Source: Asterias rubens
Taxonomy: Eukaryota
Length of the DNA: 64,000 nucleotides
Direction: 5' to 3'
NCBI RefSeq assembly: GCF_902459465.1
Contig: NC_047063.1
Location: 744,001-808,000 of the forward strand
Below the pieces are notes generated by a model. That model was not told the origin of the DNA and searched no databases. It worked only from the letters and a program-made list of their open reading frames with translations. The position numbers were made by a program, and so were the translations under genes. Numbering within the stretch: the stretch's first letter is position 1; each line of letters begins with the position of its first letter. Of this stretch, positions 52,250 through 64,000 are shown piece after piece.

Positions 52250-55200
52250 GTACATCAAATGAGACATCAAATTTTCTGTTCTTCTATTTCTAGGTCAGTC
52301 CAGATATGTTTCTGTGTCATCATTTTGAAAATAGTAACCCAGTATACAAGTATGCTAAAGGAATTGATGTAACTTCATCAAATGCTGTACTGGAACTTTC
52401 AGGTATTAATAAGATACTGCATTACCTAAACAATCAAAATGTTCTGGTTTCAATTTAAAAGGGCAGTTAAACATCGACTCTCATCGCAATCAAATTTTTA
52501 ACAGTCTTAAACGCTTGTTTTATTTTGACTGCTCACTTTCCTCTGTGCAATTGTATTTGATAGTTAGTCTTCTTGATACAAATTATCAGTAAGTAAATTT
52601 TAAAAATATTTAAAGGCAGTGGACACTATTGGTAATTACCCAAACAAATTATTAGCATAAACCTTACTTGGTAACGAGAGGCTGAGAGTATAAAACATTG
52701 CTATAAACGGCTCCCTCTGAAGTAACGTAGTTTTCGAGAAAGAAGTAATTTTCCATGAATTTGATTTCAAGACCTCAGAATTAGATTTTGAGGTCTCGAA
52801 ATCAAGCATCTGAAAGCACACAACTTCATGTGACAAGGGTGGTATTTTTCTCTCATAGTTATCTCGCAACTCAATTGAGTTCAAACTATCACAGGTCCGT
52901 TGTTTTATGCATATGTGAGAAGACTGTTCTTTGACAATTACCCTTAGTGTCAAGTGTCTTTAAAGTGTTGTCCCCTGTGTGTTTGCAAGTTAAATGTTTT
53001 TTTGATAGTTTTAACTTGTTCTCTTTTTTACAGGACCATAAAGCTGTTGAGCTGATATTAAGTATCCTTTAAAAATATGGTTTTTTTTTTAATAAATTAA
53101 TGTACATTGTTTTAATATTGTCATTTCAAGACACTCTGATGTCCTCCATCATTACAACTACTGAGATGACCCACACTGTAGCTATCATTGGAACTTACTA
53201 CAGTGGGGAACTTTTAAAGGTAAGTATATTAATTTTGTTAATGTATATTTCTTTCATTTGTTTCTTGCATCAATAAGAGGATGCTTCCATCTTGGCGTTT
53301 GTGCAATTGGCAGCTTCCAGACCAAATCAAATAAACAAAACTGAAATTGTTATCATCCATCACCTTTAGAAGTAATTCATTATTCTTTCCTTGGAAAATG
53401 TGGGTAGGAACTACTAGGCGGGTAAATACATTTAACGCAATTCCAAGTATACATAGAAAGTTAACACAAACAAATAAAAACTTGGGTGGGTTTAAAATAT
53501 GAAACTTTAAAACACTGCTAATTATTGACTGTTGTGGGTCTCAAGACCGGTCTCCCCCTCGGACCTTCAGGTCTTGGTCTCGGATTTCGACTACAACACT
53601 GAACGTCTAACCACTCCTTATTTACAAGTGTTTGACCATAAATTATTATTGAAAATCAACCCGCTTACAACCACAAACTTTACCGTAAAAGAATATATTT
53701 TAAAAATTTACACACAAACATGCACACGCAGCAATGTTTCCGCCTTCTGGAAACAGTGATATGGAGCAAAAGGAAGGGACAGAAAACAGACAGAAGATGA
53801 AAACATTGAACAAAGGAAAGTGATTTCAAAAGGACAAAGGAAGGGTGGGGTATAAGGACTTTGCAAGTGTCAAACACAAACTTTACAATGATGACCTGTA
53901 ACTTTGGTATAACAAATGACAGCACAAATCTATGATTCAAGATTAAACATTATCCCAGGTTAACTATTCATATTATGCAAGATGGACCCATTGTATGCCT
54001 ATCTTTAAATTGTTGTGTTACAGGTTCACATCCAGAGCAAGACCTCAGCCAGACTGTATGAAAGAGTAGACCTTGATATTACTGGATCAGTTCTTAAAGA
54101 TGTCAAGATTAATGATACAACAAGAGAGATGTACATACTCACTGAACAAAAGGTACAATATATAAAGATGCAAGGACCATGCAAATGTTATTTTTTAATT
54201 TACCCCAAGCATATAATTTGACTTCATCTTTTTAAATATGTTTTGATTTGGACTGTATAGTTTCTGAAGATGCGGTTTGAGAATTGTGGTCAGTATACAA
54301 CGTGTGAGACGTGTATTGGTACGGATGCAGAGATGGATGGAGACCCATACTGTGGCTGGTGTACTCTGCAAAGACAGTAAGTATTGTATCTTGATTGGTT
54401 AACAATGCATGTTGAGAGTTATTACATATGCAGGGAGGGATGGAAACGTCAGCTGAATTAACAAATTTGGATCACCTCAAAAATAACTCTGTATGTATAT
54501 TATTAATACCTGTTTAGATGTACCCTGTATTCTGACTGCAAGATGCCTGATGTGTCTACGCGATGGTTAGCCTACAATACTGCACAGTGTATTGAGATAA
54601 CCAATGTGGATCCTTATAACAATCTACCAATCACTGTCACAGAACAACAGGTAAGAGTAACTGCTTACTGACTTTTGCATTTCCATACAGCTGGTTGGCA
54701 CAAACAATTGCTAAACACAGGTTCTGAGTATTGCTTAGCACAAATGGACGTTCCTCCAAGATGCTATTAAGATTACATAATTGTGACTTGATGGCTTGCT
54801 GTACTGAATGTCTCCTTCAGCCTCCCCTCTTTCTCTCAAATCCACCTGTATACCAATTGTATATTTACTAGGTTACTGTGAGTGTAGAGCAGTTACCAGA
54901 CTTACTGACCAACATGACATATGAGTGTTGGTTTGGATCCTACGTATCTCAAGCTACAAAGACTAATGAGGATCTTAGATGTGTCTCCCCACCTGATAAT
55001 AGAATACCACCAATTCAACAAGGAGGTAAGTCAAACGCTAAACTAGGGCCATTTGTTGCTATTGTTGTTAAAATGAAATAAACATACAACTTTTTATGAA
55101 TGTTCCATTTTCCAGATGATGCTGTTCAGGTTACACTGAGCATCCATTCCAGTGAAACACCAGTCAGTTTTGTGGATACAAGTTTCTACTTCTATGAATG

Positions 55201-58200
55201 CTCCACTCATACTTCGTAAGAATATTTTATGTTCGCTCTTGCTTTAACTTTGATACTTCAGAAGAATATTTTCTGTTTGCTCCAGCTTTTCATATGACAC
55301 TCCAATTATGGTACGCAAAATGTCTTCATTGACTTTGGTAATGATAAAGTTTATTGAGTTCCAAATTACTGAGTTTCAAATTCTGTGATGTGGTTAAAAT
55401 TGTTGATACTTTGTCCATTAGCATAGTACACTTCTCTAACCCATAATCCCAATCATCAGCTTTGTTGTTTTGTATTTGTGTTTGTTGTAGTTGTGTATCT
55501 TGTGTTGATAGTCGATGGGCCTGTGATTGGTGTGTCTTTGAGAATAGATGCACTCATGTTAGTTCTACTTGCTCAGGAGACAACGAAATCATCATTACAG
55601 GACAAAACGTAAGATCAAACTCTATCACAAATGTAGTCTTTTCCAAATACTGATATCTAACAGTTAAACAAACTGAAGATCAAGGTGTTGTCTACAAAGA
55701 CATGAAACCATACATGAAATATGTTTTCAATAACATGTATGAGGTGTTATTGAGTTGTTCTGAAACATTTGAAGATCAATGAAAAAATGTATGTTAGTCA
55801 ATGATTTGATATTTTTTCTTTAGAATCCAGCTTTGTCTTCACCCAAGGGTCCGGGTTCCTGCCCTCAGCTGCTGGCTCAGAATACTAAAGTCCTTCTTCC
55901 CAATGGAATTGAAAGAAGTTTACAAGTCATGACTACAAATCTACCTGATCAGACCCAGGTTAGTTAGTATCTTTATTGATCAAACAGCGTTCAAAGGCAA
56001 AATGAGTTAAATTTCCGAGGCAAAAAGTGATTTTACAGCCAACACCAAGCAGAAGGATTGCAATTTTTGGTCTACTTTATGGCAATGAAACAAACTCTTT
56101 AATATACCCTGTCCTTACTCTATGAATATAAATTTAACTGTGTTAATGTATAAAGTCTTCAATGTATGAAAAAGAAAGCAAACAAACATAAGTTATGCTT
56201 ATAGAATACAGGAAGTGACTGTTGAAAATTACTATAATTAATAGTGCTCCACTTTGAAATAACAAAGCAATTAATTACTATTCCACATGATAGTTTGGTA
56301 ACAAAGAGGAGATAGTTTTCTGTGCATTTTGTAAGTGCTACATCATGAAGTATCCCATTTATTGTGTGAATTACACCAACAACAAAAAAACACTTCAGAA
56401 ATAACAGCAATCACAGCCTAAGATTACAAAAACCCAGACATTGGAGAGAAGGAACTAAGAGATAGAAAAACAAAATGAAGTAACTTCATAGGAAAAACTA
56501 AAACAAAAGGCCCAGAATGAGTAAGTACTGAAATAAATTGTCAACATCTCGTGTTGCTGAGCACTTTGAAAGGAGCGGCAGTTTTAGCATAGCATAGGTA
56601 TAGTACAAATGCTGGTCTGAGACAAAGAAAGGATACAGAGAAGAAAAACAAAATTACAAAATAAAAAGGCCCTCATAAAAAAAACCATTTGAAAAGTGTT
56701 GTATCAATAGCTTCATGTTGTTTTTATCAAATCTTTTAAAACTCCCCAGAACAAAATACCTAACTACCTGTCACATTGTCTCTCTATCTGAAATTACAGG
56801 GGTCTGGCATTAAAGACAAATTATGGTGTAAAAGTATTTATACTAAGCTACCTGTTCAAACAGAATTGATTTGACTTCTGTGAAAATAAAAACAGCACAA
56901 ACCTTCTTAGAATGAACGCCTTGTAACTAACATTTGTCTCTTCATCTCTTAGACTTCTAGCTTTGAATGTAGCTTTGATATCGAGGGAATACGTCAGACT
57001 ACAACGGCACAGCGAAATGATGATACCATCATGTGTGACATGAAAGCTGTAAGTTTTCTCAAGCCATTTCGCAGAATTATTTGAAATTGGAAAGCCAAAG
57101 TATCATTATTGAATCAGACGCCAAGAGTTGAGTTGAACTTTGTTTGATATCAACCCATTTGTACTCCACAGTATACCTACACTTCCACTGATGAAGCAGA
57201 GCTGATTGTGAAACTGACCATTGAATGGACAGACACCAGTAATAACCCTCACATTCTAGATGACTTATTCAGCAATAAAGGTGAGTTTGAGTCAAGGATG
57301 TGGGGTGGGGATACAGGCACTTCCATACACAAAAGAGTCTAACTTATAGAATTTTACCCTAAGTAAGCTGTGGTCAAGTGGTTAGACTGCAGGACTTGCA
57401 ATCACAAGGTTGTGGGTTCGATTCCCCCAGTTAACCGCTGATTTCACAATGACTAGAATAAATATTGTCGTCTAGTTAATGAATCAAAATTTCTTGATTT
57501 GTGTAATTCATAATCATAGACGTTAAACCAATGTTTGTGAGAGAGAAATTGGCTGTTGCCAGCTTGGTGTTTATATCCCTTGTGGGAGTTGGCCAAGTTC
57601 CCTTGATGGGAAGATCATTCAAACAAACAAACAAACAAAGACCCTAGCATACAGTAGCTAGGATCCCATAAGGGGTATGTTGCTGACTGAGTTCTCTCTG
57701 GACTGTAATGGTTTTGTTTAGTACAAAAAAAATTGGGCCATCTAGCATTACAATATAAAAAACCTAACAATCGTAAGATAAGTTGATTTTGATCATGAGA
57801 TGCCTTCCAACCCAACCTGTTCCCTCCAGCATTCTAATCGGAGACAAAGGTAACCTTTCTAAAGCATCTTTCTTTTAATGGTTTATAAATAAGACATGCA
57901 AAGAAAGATTTTAAACTTGTACTTTTTGCTACAGCAACACTTTACAAGTGTGGAGTATTGAAGCCAGATTGTAGTCGGTGTGTTACTGCCAGGCCAGAGC
58001 TGGAGTGTGTTTGGTGTAATGCTTTGTGTGAACTAAGAGAGTCTTGTACAACAGCGGAAGGAGAGTGGGTTACCCACAATAATAACGCCAACTGCCCTGA
58101 TCCAATCCTCCAAGGGGTGAGTAGATATAATATAAGCTTCTGATTACAACTATGGAGTAACTGGCGATGTCAACTGACATGACCCTATCATCCAAGAAGC

Positions 58201-61200
58201 AAGTAGATACCAAGTACATTGATTTTGACAACTAGGTGAGGGTCTGTACTATTTTGTTAACGACACTGCGAGACTAGTTAAAGAAGGAAACACCTGCAAT
58301 GAATGTGGAGGAATGTGACCCATACCCGAAACATTTTTCTGTAACTGTAAGTGACTTGTTGACTTGATTTTGTTTTGATTGTTTAGGTGTATCCATTGAG
58401 TGGACCAATAGAAGGTAACACCATAGTATCTGTAATGGGTACAGATATTGGCACAGGGTTCCATACTGTACTGAATGTGATGATTGGAGACCAACAGTGC
58501 CATCTGGATGGACTGGAAGCCTATTATGAAATAGGCACCAGGTAAGAAGTTTTACAAAACCATCTTAGATGGACTAGAGGCTTACTTTGTACTCGGTTGG
58601 AGGTAAGTGTTTGATCACACTGTTGAACGCTGAGTTTGTGTAATCTTTTGTTTGTTTGTTTATTTGTTTATAGAGGTGTAGGTGTTTGTTTGTTTGTTTG
58701 TTTGTTTGTTTGTTTGTTTGTTTGTTTTTTAGAGAGGGGTGTCTTCACAGCCACAGCTTAGCCATTTTATTTTACCATTGTGATCACTTTGTTCTTAAAA
58801 AGTTAATATATTTATTATTGTGGATTAGCGGGATTTGAAACCTCACATTGTCCTTTTTGTTCGACTCCAGCTGCACCAGCATTGTAAACAAAATAATTAT
58901 GGTATAACAAATGAAAGATATTTCTAACAAGACGTTTTATAGATTCTTCAGTTATGTAAAAAAGAAATATAATCTTACCTTATTCCACAGTGTAAGTTGC
59001 CTAACTCAATCAAGAGTTGAAAGTGTTGTGCCGGTATCTCTTACAGTCAGGGGAGGTGATGGGACAACACTACAGGAAAGCAAAGGAAATGTCAACTTTC
59101 AATATAGGGTAAGTTTGATTACAACTCTGATGGGGTCTGAGTGTCTGTAAAACTTGGAACTGTTGAAAATAAATCAACATTAAGTTTTGAAATAAAAGTC
59201 CATTCAACATGGGATCTATTTTCTATTTTCTAGTCCTAGATTGCATTTCAATCAATCGCTCAAGATTATTTGAAAACAAGATACAAAAAATAAGTGTTTC
59301 TTTTCCAATGAGATCAATATAACAATTGCTTGTTGACAATTAGCAGGACACATGGTCTGCTCGATGTTTAGTGTCTACTTTATTTGTTTTTTGTGATTCT
59401 GATTTTCCTGCCAGGTTCCATCTATTACAAGTTTCAGTCCTCGTTTTGGACCAGCAGCTGGTGGGACTCGTTTAACAATCAACGGAATGGCTCTAAATAC
59501 AGGACGGAATATTCAGGCATTCATTGGTGATAAAGCTTGCAATATAAAAAGGCAAGTAAAGACAAAACAATTAAGTCATAGAGGTTGAGCCTGTTCGTCA
59601 GAGATTTGTTTTGATTAGTCTTTTAAATTGAGGTCTGATCAGAATCACACCATTAGTCAGTTGGTTAAGAAAAGTCTTTTATAGTGATGTGTCATTGGTT
59701 GTATATTTTTGATTTACTTCACAGCCCAGTGACAGAGACTGAAGCAGTGTGCACAAGCTCTGAGGGGTCTGTTGGGCAGACAGAAGTTCTCAAGATGTCT
59801 TTTGATGGATCAGATAAAACAAGCGAGGTGTACACTTTCAGCGACAACCCGGTCATTACTGAAGTCAGTCCAACCACCAGTATATATTCGTGAGTACATC
59901 TACAAACAATAGTTGTTAAAGACAGAGGACACTATTGGTAATTGTCAAAGACTAGTCTTCTCACTTGGTGTATCTCAACATATACAAACAAAATCAGACC
60001 TGTGAAAATTTGAGCTCAATTGGTCGTCGAAGTTGCGAGATAACAATGAAAGAAAAAACACCCTTGTCACACGAAGTTGTGTGCGTTTAGATGGTTGATT
60101 TTGAGACCTCAAATTCTAAACTTGAGGTCTCAAAATCAAATTCGTGGAAATTTACTTCTTTCTCGAAAAACAACGCCACTTCAGAGGGAGACGTTTCTCA
60201 CAATGTTTTATACTATCAACCTCTCCCCATTACTTGTTACCAAGTGAGGTTTTATGGTGATAATTATTTTGAGTAATTACCAATAGTGTCCTATGCCTTT
60301 AATGACACTATATTTTTCTGTTGAAATTTTTCAATTGACCACAATCTTCAATTTGTGTCTTATAAGGCTGCAGTTTCACAAGTAAGTTGAAGCTAAATGG
60401 GTCAACAAATTGGAAATCTCATTGAAAGCAATGAAAAATTTAAATGTAAAAATAACCTCATTATTTCCTAATCAGATTAGTTTAGCTACTTTTATCCTGC
60501 AGTTGTTTACCCTTTGATTTTATTGTCAATACTCAGTGGCGGTCGGGAGATGGTTGTCAGAGGGACTCATCTAGACACTGCCCAGATGGCTTCACTTGTT
60601 GTTACAGTTGCTTCTCAAATCTATAAAAGATCTATTGGCAGTGAGGGACTCAACATTAATGAGTTTGTGGAGGTGAGTCAACATAAAAATTATACTATAA
60701 CATTTTCCCATCTTACATCTCGACAATTTCAAAGATTAAATGTTAATCACAACAGGACTTTTAACAAATAGTTGTTTTACAAATTTTGTTTTTCAAGAGT
60801 TGTGCTGTGGAAGGCTCAGAGTTCATGCGCTGTACAACTCCCAATATAACATCAGCCGTAAGCAGATCTCAATCCAAACATACTGTGACATTTGGCTTCA
60901 TTATGGACGGTGTGAGTGACCTCTTAACGTGGTCAGAAGACAACGATGTTGACTTGGAGTTCTTTCCTGATCCAGAGTATGATGAGTTTGAAAACAATTT
61001 ATATGACAAGATGGACAATTTGTTGAAAATCAAGGTAAAGTAATGCTCACGGATTCTAAAACTGGAAAGTATAGTTTCCTTATACCTAGTGGTTTAAGAT
61101 CTACAAAATAACTTTAAACTGCGTTGCTGTCATATTGTTAAGGGTTTCATATTTGTTTATTTTCTTCAAAATTTGTACAACGTGTTTATGATTTGAGTTT

Positions 61201-64000
61201 ACAGCTAAAAGAGTTGTGTGTTTTTTCCAACAAAGACTGGTTCAACCAGCCATTTCAATTATCAGTGCAAGGATTTCTTCGGTTTTCTTTTTTTTTGTCA
61301 TGTAAATGAATCCCTTGCCATTTTTATTGTTGTCTTGAAAAAATAGTGTTCTATCTTCATTTATTGGTATACTGTTTATTTAAAGGGTAAGTTTATCAAC
61401 AAGGCAATCACTGAATCAGAAATCATCATTTATGTTGGACCAGTGAGAAGTGACGTAACCTTCATTGAAGAAACAGCCCTTGGTTGTATTTTACCCAAGG
61501 AGCAACCACCTGCAGGGGACTTCACCGGCCAAGACAAAGAGAGAGGTCTTCCTGTGGTCTGGGTAAGTCTTAAGAGAAACCTCTGTTGCCATAAAGAAAC
61601 AACCATCTGAACTACAATTCATGAGCCAAGACAAAGAGAGAGCGCTCCAGAAGAAACCTCTCTGTTGCTATTTATTCATGAAACAACCATCTGCCTAGAA
61701 CTTCAAGGGTCAAAACAAATGCAGAGGACTCCTCGTAGTCTGGGTAAGTCTTAAAAAAAATCTCAGTTGTGATCTACCAAATAAGAAACAACCATCTGAC
61801 AATGAGTTATTGCATTAAGACACATAGACAGGGCTTTCTTAAGTCTGGGCAAGTCGTAACACAAATCTTAGTTTTAAGTTAACACATTGTAGAATGAAAG
61901 AACCATTACAGAGTGCTTTCTGCATCTTGTAAGACAAAACTCACTTGGAACTCACTTGAGAAATAACCTCCTTATAAGAAGACTTTATGAAGTAAGATAA
62001 AGGGGTGAGATGACTCAAATCTCAGTTGTACTTATTCTGTGCAATTCTTAACATATTTTAATCTCCTTTTCAGGTGGTTCACAGCAACCTTGAGTTCCGC
62101 ATTGGTTACATCAAATATAGTTCAGCCATTTCAACTATTACTATTCTAGCGGTTATCGGAGCAGTGACTTTCATCATCTTGGTCTGCATAGTTATAGTCC
62201 TGACGATTAGGCTGAAGAGAGCCAGGCGAGATGCTGATCTTCTGGTCTTAAAGAAAGACCTTCTTGAAGATGTTAAGAAAGGTCAGAATTAAAGTTCACA
62301 GAATTTACTTTATTGATTATATGACCAGGGGACAATTTTTTAGTTGAAGCTGATAGTGATATATGCAGACAATTTGTGCTAAGCTAGGTTTCTCTGCTAA
62401 AAAGCACAAAGAAGTAGTAAATCAGTGACAAACATCGGCCCAAAAGCTGTTAAGCAGTTTTCTCTGCTAAGCAAAAAGAGCAATAAAAAAAAAAGATTGG
62501 GGCACCAGTTGCCACAACAACTTTATGAGATGTTGGCTGGCTACCTGTTTCTACTGAGCAAGTTTTATGTTCTAAGTAAGTTACAGTTCCAAAGCGGCTG
62601 TGCCTCACAGGGCAAATGAAGCTTTTAATAAAGATAATCAGTTTATCACATCCACATTGAACAGGATCATACTTTAATAACAATTTGAAAAACAGGACTC
62701 TCCCAGAGAAAATTTGACATTCTCCGATTGACAAGTGACGTTGAAGAGAGTGGGATGCCATTTGTGAGTCACCGTGACTATGCTACTAACATGCTGTTCA
62801 TTGGACAAGAGGTTCGACCAACCACAACAGATCAAGAGGTAACATTGATCAACACAAGAGACTGCAAGATCCTCTGAATCAGAGACCTGTCATTAAGTCC
62901 GATGAAGTAGGATCTTGAGTAATAATTTAATAATCTATGAACTTATTATTGCGCTCTCTCCAGGACCAGCCTGTTCGAGAGCGCATAACAATTTAACACA
63001 ATACCAGTAAAAAAAATTTAAATTATGAAAATTAATCCATACGAAAACAATCAAATGCGAAATTGCATAAAAAATCCATTAAAAAGTTACAGTTATCCAT
63101 TAAAAAAGTTACAGCAAATAACAAAAATCCATATCTCAAGTCTATACTCCCAAGGGTCAGGTGCAGGGCCTAATTTCATAGAGCTACTCTAGGCAGAAAG
63201 TTCTCTTGTAAGCAGAGAACACTGCTTACAAAATCCCCGCTTAGCAAGAATGAGCAGGAAAGCAGTCACAAATTGTATGCGATAATAGTATTTTGGCTGG
63301 TAACTTTATTCTGGTAAGCATAATTTAGTTTTGCTCAGCTTATTTTTGTGCTAAAGCAGCTCTATAAAAATGGGCCCTGTTTCTAGAGTCCTTAATAAAA
63401 GTGAATCTGACGTCAGGTTGCCAGACCACTTGACTTATTTATAAACTCTTTCTCAGGAACCACAGTTGACAACAAACCATCACATGCTAAATATAACTTT
63501 TGCTGCAAATCTTTATCCTGACCAGTAATTCTACTCATGACTTAGTCCTTTGAATTCCTGTTTTGAAAATCTTCAAAAGTGGTGACACCAAACACCAAGG
63601 GCCAATTTCACAAAAAGCTTTGTGTGTGAGAATCTTATTAATTACTCAGCACAGTGTAATGATGCAATTCAATTCACACCTAGATGTACTCTAGTGTTTT
63701 GTGAAATTGAACGCAAGGACTCAACAAAAGGAACAACACCAAATCCAAAGTATTTACTATATAACCCCTTCCAAAGAAACAGTAAAGTTAGAGCAAAATG
63801 CAAACAGCAAACAAACCTCACCAAATAAAGGAAATACAGAAATTTATCAGAGTGATCAACATTGTTGCACCTTTAACTGTTGAATTTAAAATTTGATGCT
63901 TAGGAACCATATTGCAGTTTGTCTAAAAATCATTCATTTTTCATTCTGTGCATAGTACGGTGAACATGCTATGGTTGAAGAAGCCATGATGATGTTCTCT
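52141..64000 (+). CDS. Plexin-family receptor, constant region (Sema C-terminus, PSI-TIG-PSI-TIG-PSI, 4 IPT, TM, start of plexin-type cytoplasmic region); runs off the window
   Basis: Exon chain read by hand, all phases consistent: 52141-52249 (A) or 52294-52402 (B), 53131-53219, 54024-54152, 54261-54376 (PSI: CGQYTTCETC..DPYCGWC), 54518-54650, 54872-55025, 55116-55215, 55491-55608 (PSI: CVSCVDSRWACDWC), 55824-55958, 56953-57048, 57172-57280, 57935-58116 (PSI: CSRCVTARPELECVWC), 58387-58541 (IPT: VYPLSGPIEGNT), 58991-59108, 59415-59551 (IPT: FSPRFGPAAGGTRLTING), 59725-59889, 60537-60672, 60798-61034, 61386-61562, 62074-62281 (TM: ITILAVIGAVTFIILVCIVIVLTI then RLKRARR), 62696-62838 (DILRLTSDVEESGMPFVSHRDYATNMLF, like plexin DINELTSDLD..GIPFLDYRTYAMRVLF), and 63956 to window end (YGEHAMVEEAMMMFS). 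Total to 62838 is 2946 nt = 982 codons with no stop. Subfamily cannot be assigned by eye. Confidence 0.92.
52294..52402 (+). CDS. Alternative constant exon B (109 nt), paralog of exon A
   Basis: tttctag acceptor; VSPDMFLCHHFENSNPVYKYAKGIDVTSSNAVLELS+G; donor gtatta; same length and phase as A; only 44 nt downstream of A. Confidence 0.8.
52614..52959 (+). mobile_element. Kolobok-like MITE in a constant-region intron
   Basis: ttaa|aggcagtggacac..agtgtct|ttaa. Confidence 0.8.
57361..57480 (+). mobile_element. tRNA-derived SINE-like head
   Basis: tggtcaagtggttag (A box) and gggttcgattccc (B box) with no convincing acceptor stem; intronic. Confidence 0.5.
58683..58726. repeat. (GTTT)n microsatellite
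   Basis: Direct reading. Confidence 0.95.
59920..60298 (-). mobile_element. Kolobok-like MITE, reverse orientation
   Basis: TTAA flanks; internal sequence is the reverse complement of the 36157 family. Confidence 0.8.
63166..63377. mobile_element. GGGCC-terminal MITE (Harbinger-like)
   Basis: Imperfect TIRs gggcctaatttcatagagct / agctctataaaaatgggccc; similar termini near 16088-16333 and 23618-23875. TSD not confirmed. Confidence 0.55.

Overview
AT-rich animal genomic DNA with spliceosomal introns. An invertebrate deuterostome such as an echinoderm is my impression only and is not proven. Three genes are supportable. (1) A plus-strand plexin-family receptor locus (33.2-64 kb). Seven tandem copies (V1-V7) of one large exon, encoding a signal peptide plus most of the Sema domain (V6 is 5'-truncated), lie upstream of a single set of constant exons: end of Sema, 3 PSI, about 6 TIG/IPT, TM and the start of a plexin-type cytoplasmic region. 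V1-V3 are intact and V4-V7 are disabled. All except the fused V5 end in a phase-0 GT donor compatible with the first constant exon, which is itself duplicated as an apparent mutually exclusive pair (A/B). The V exons have a near-invariant framework with discrete hypervariable islands. The variable/constant layout resembles clustered protocadherins, UGT1 or chelicerate sDscam, but here in a plexin. (2) An inverted paralog on the minus strand (11.8 kb to beyond position 1) with one V exon and near-identical constant exons. (3) A complete ARL8 gene on the minus strand between them (25801-31232), head-to-head with the V array. The remainder is introns, spacers, an L2-type LINE fragment, tRNA-derived SINE-like repeats and several MITE families. 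All splice structures were inferred by hand from the sequence, and no transcript evidence was available.
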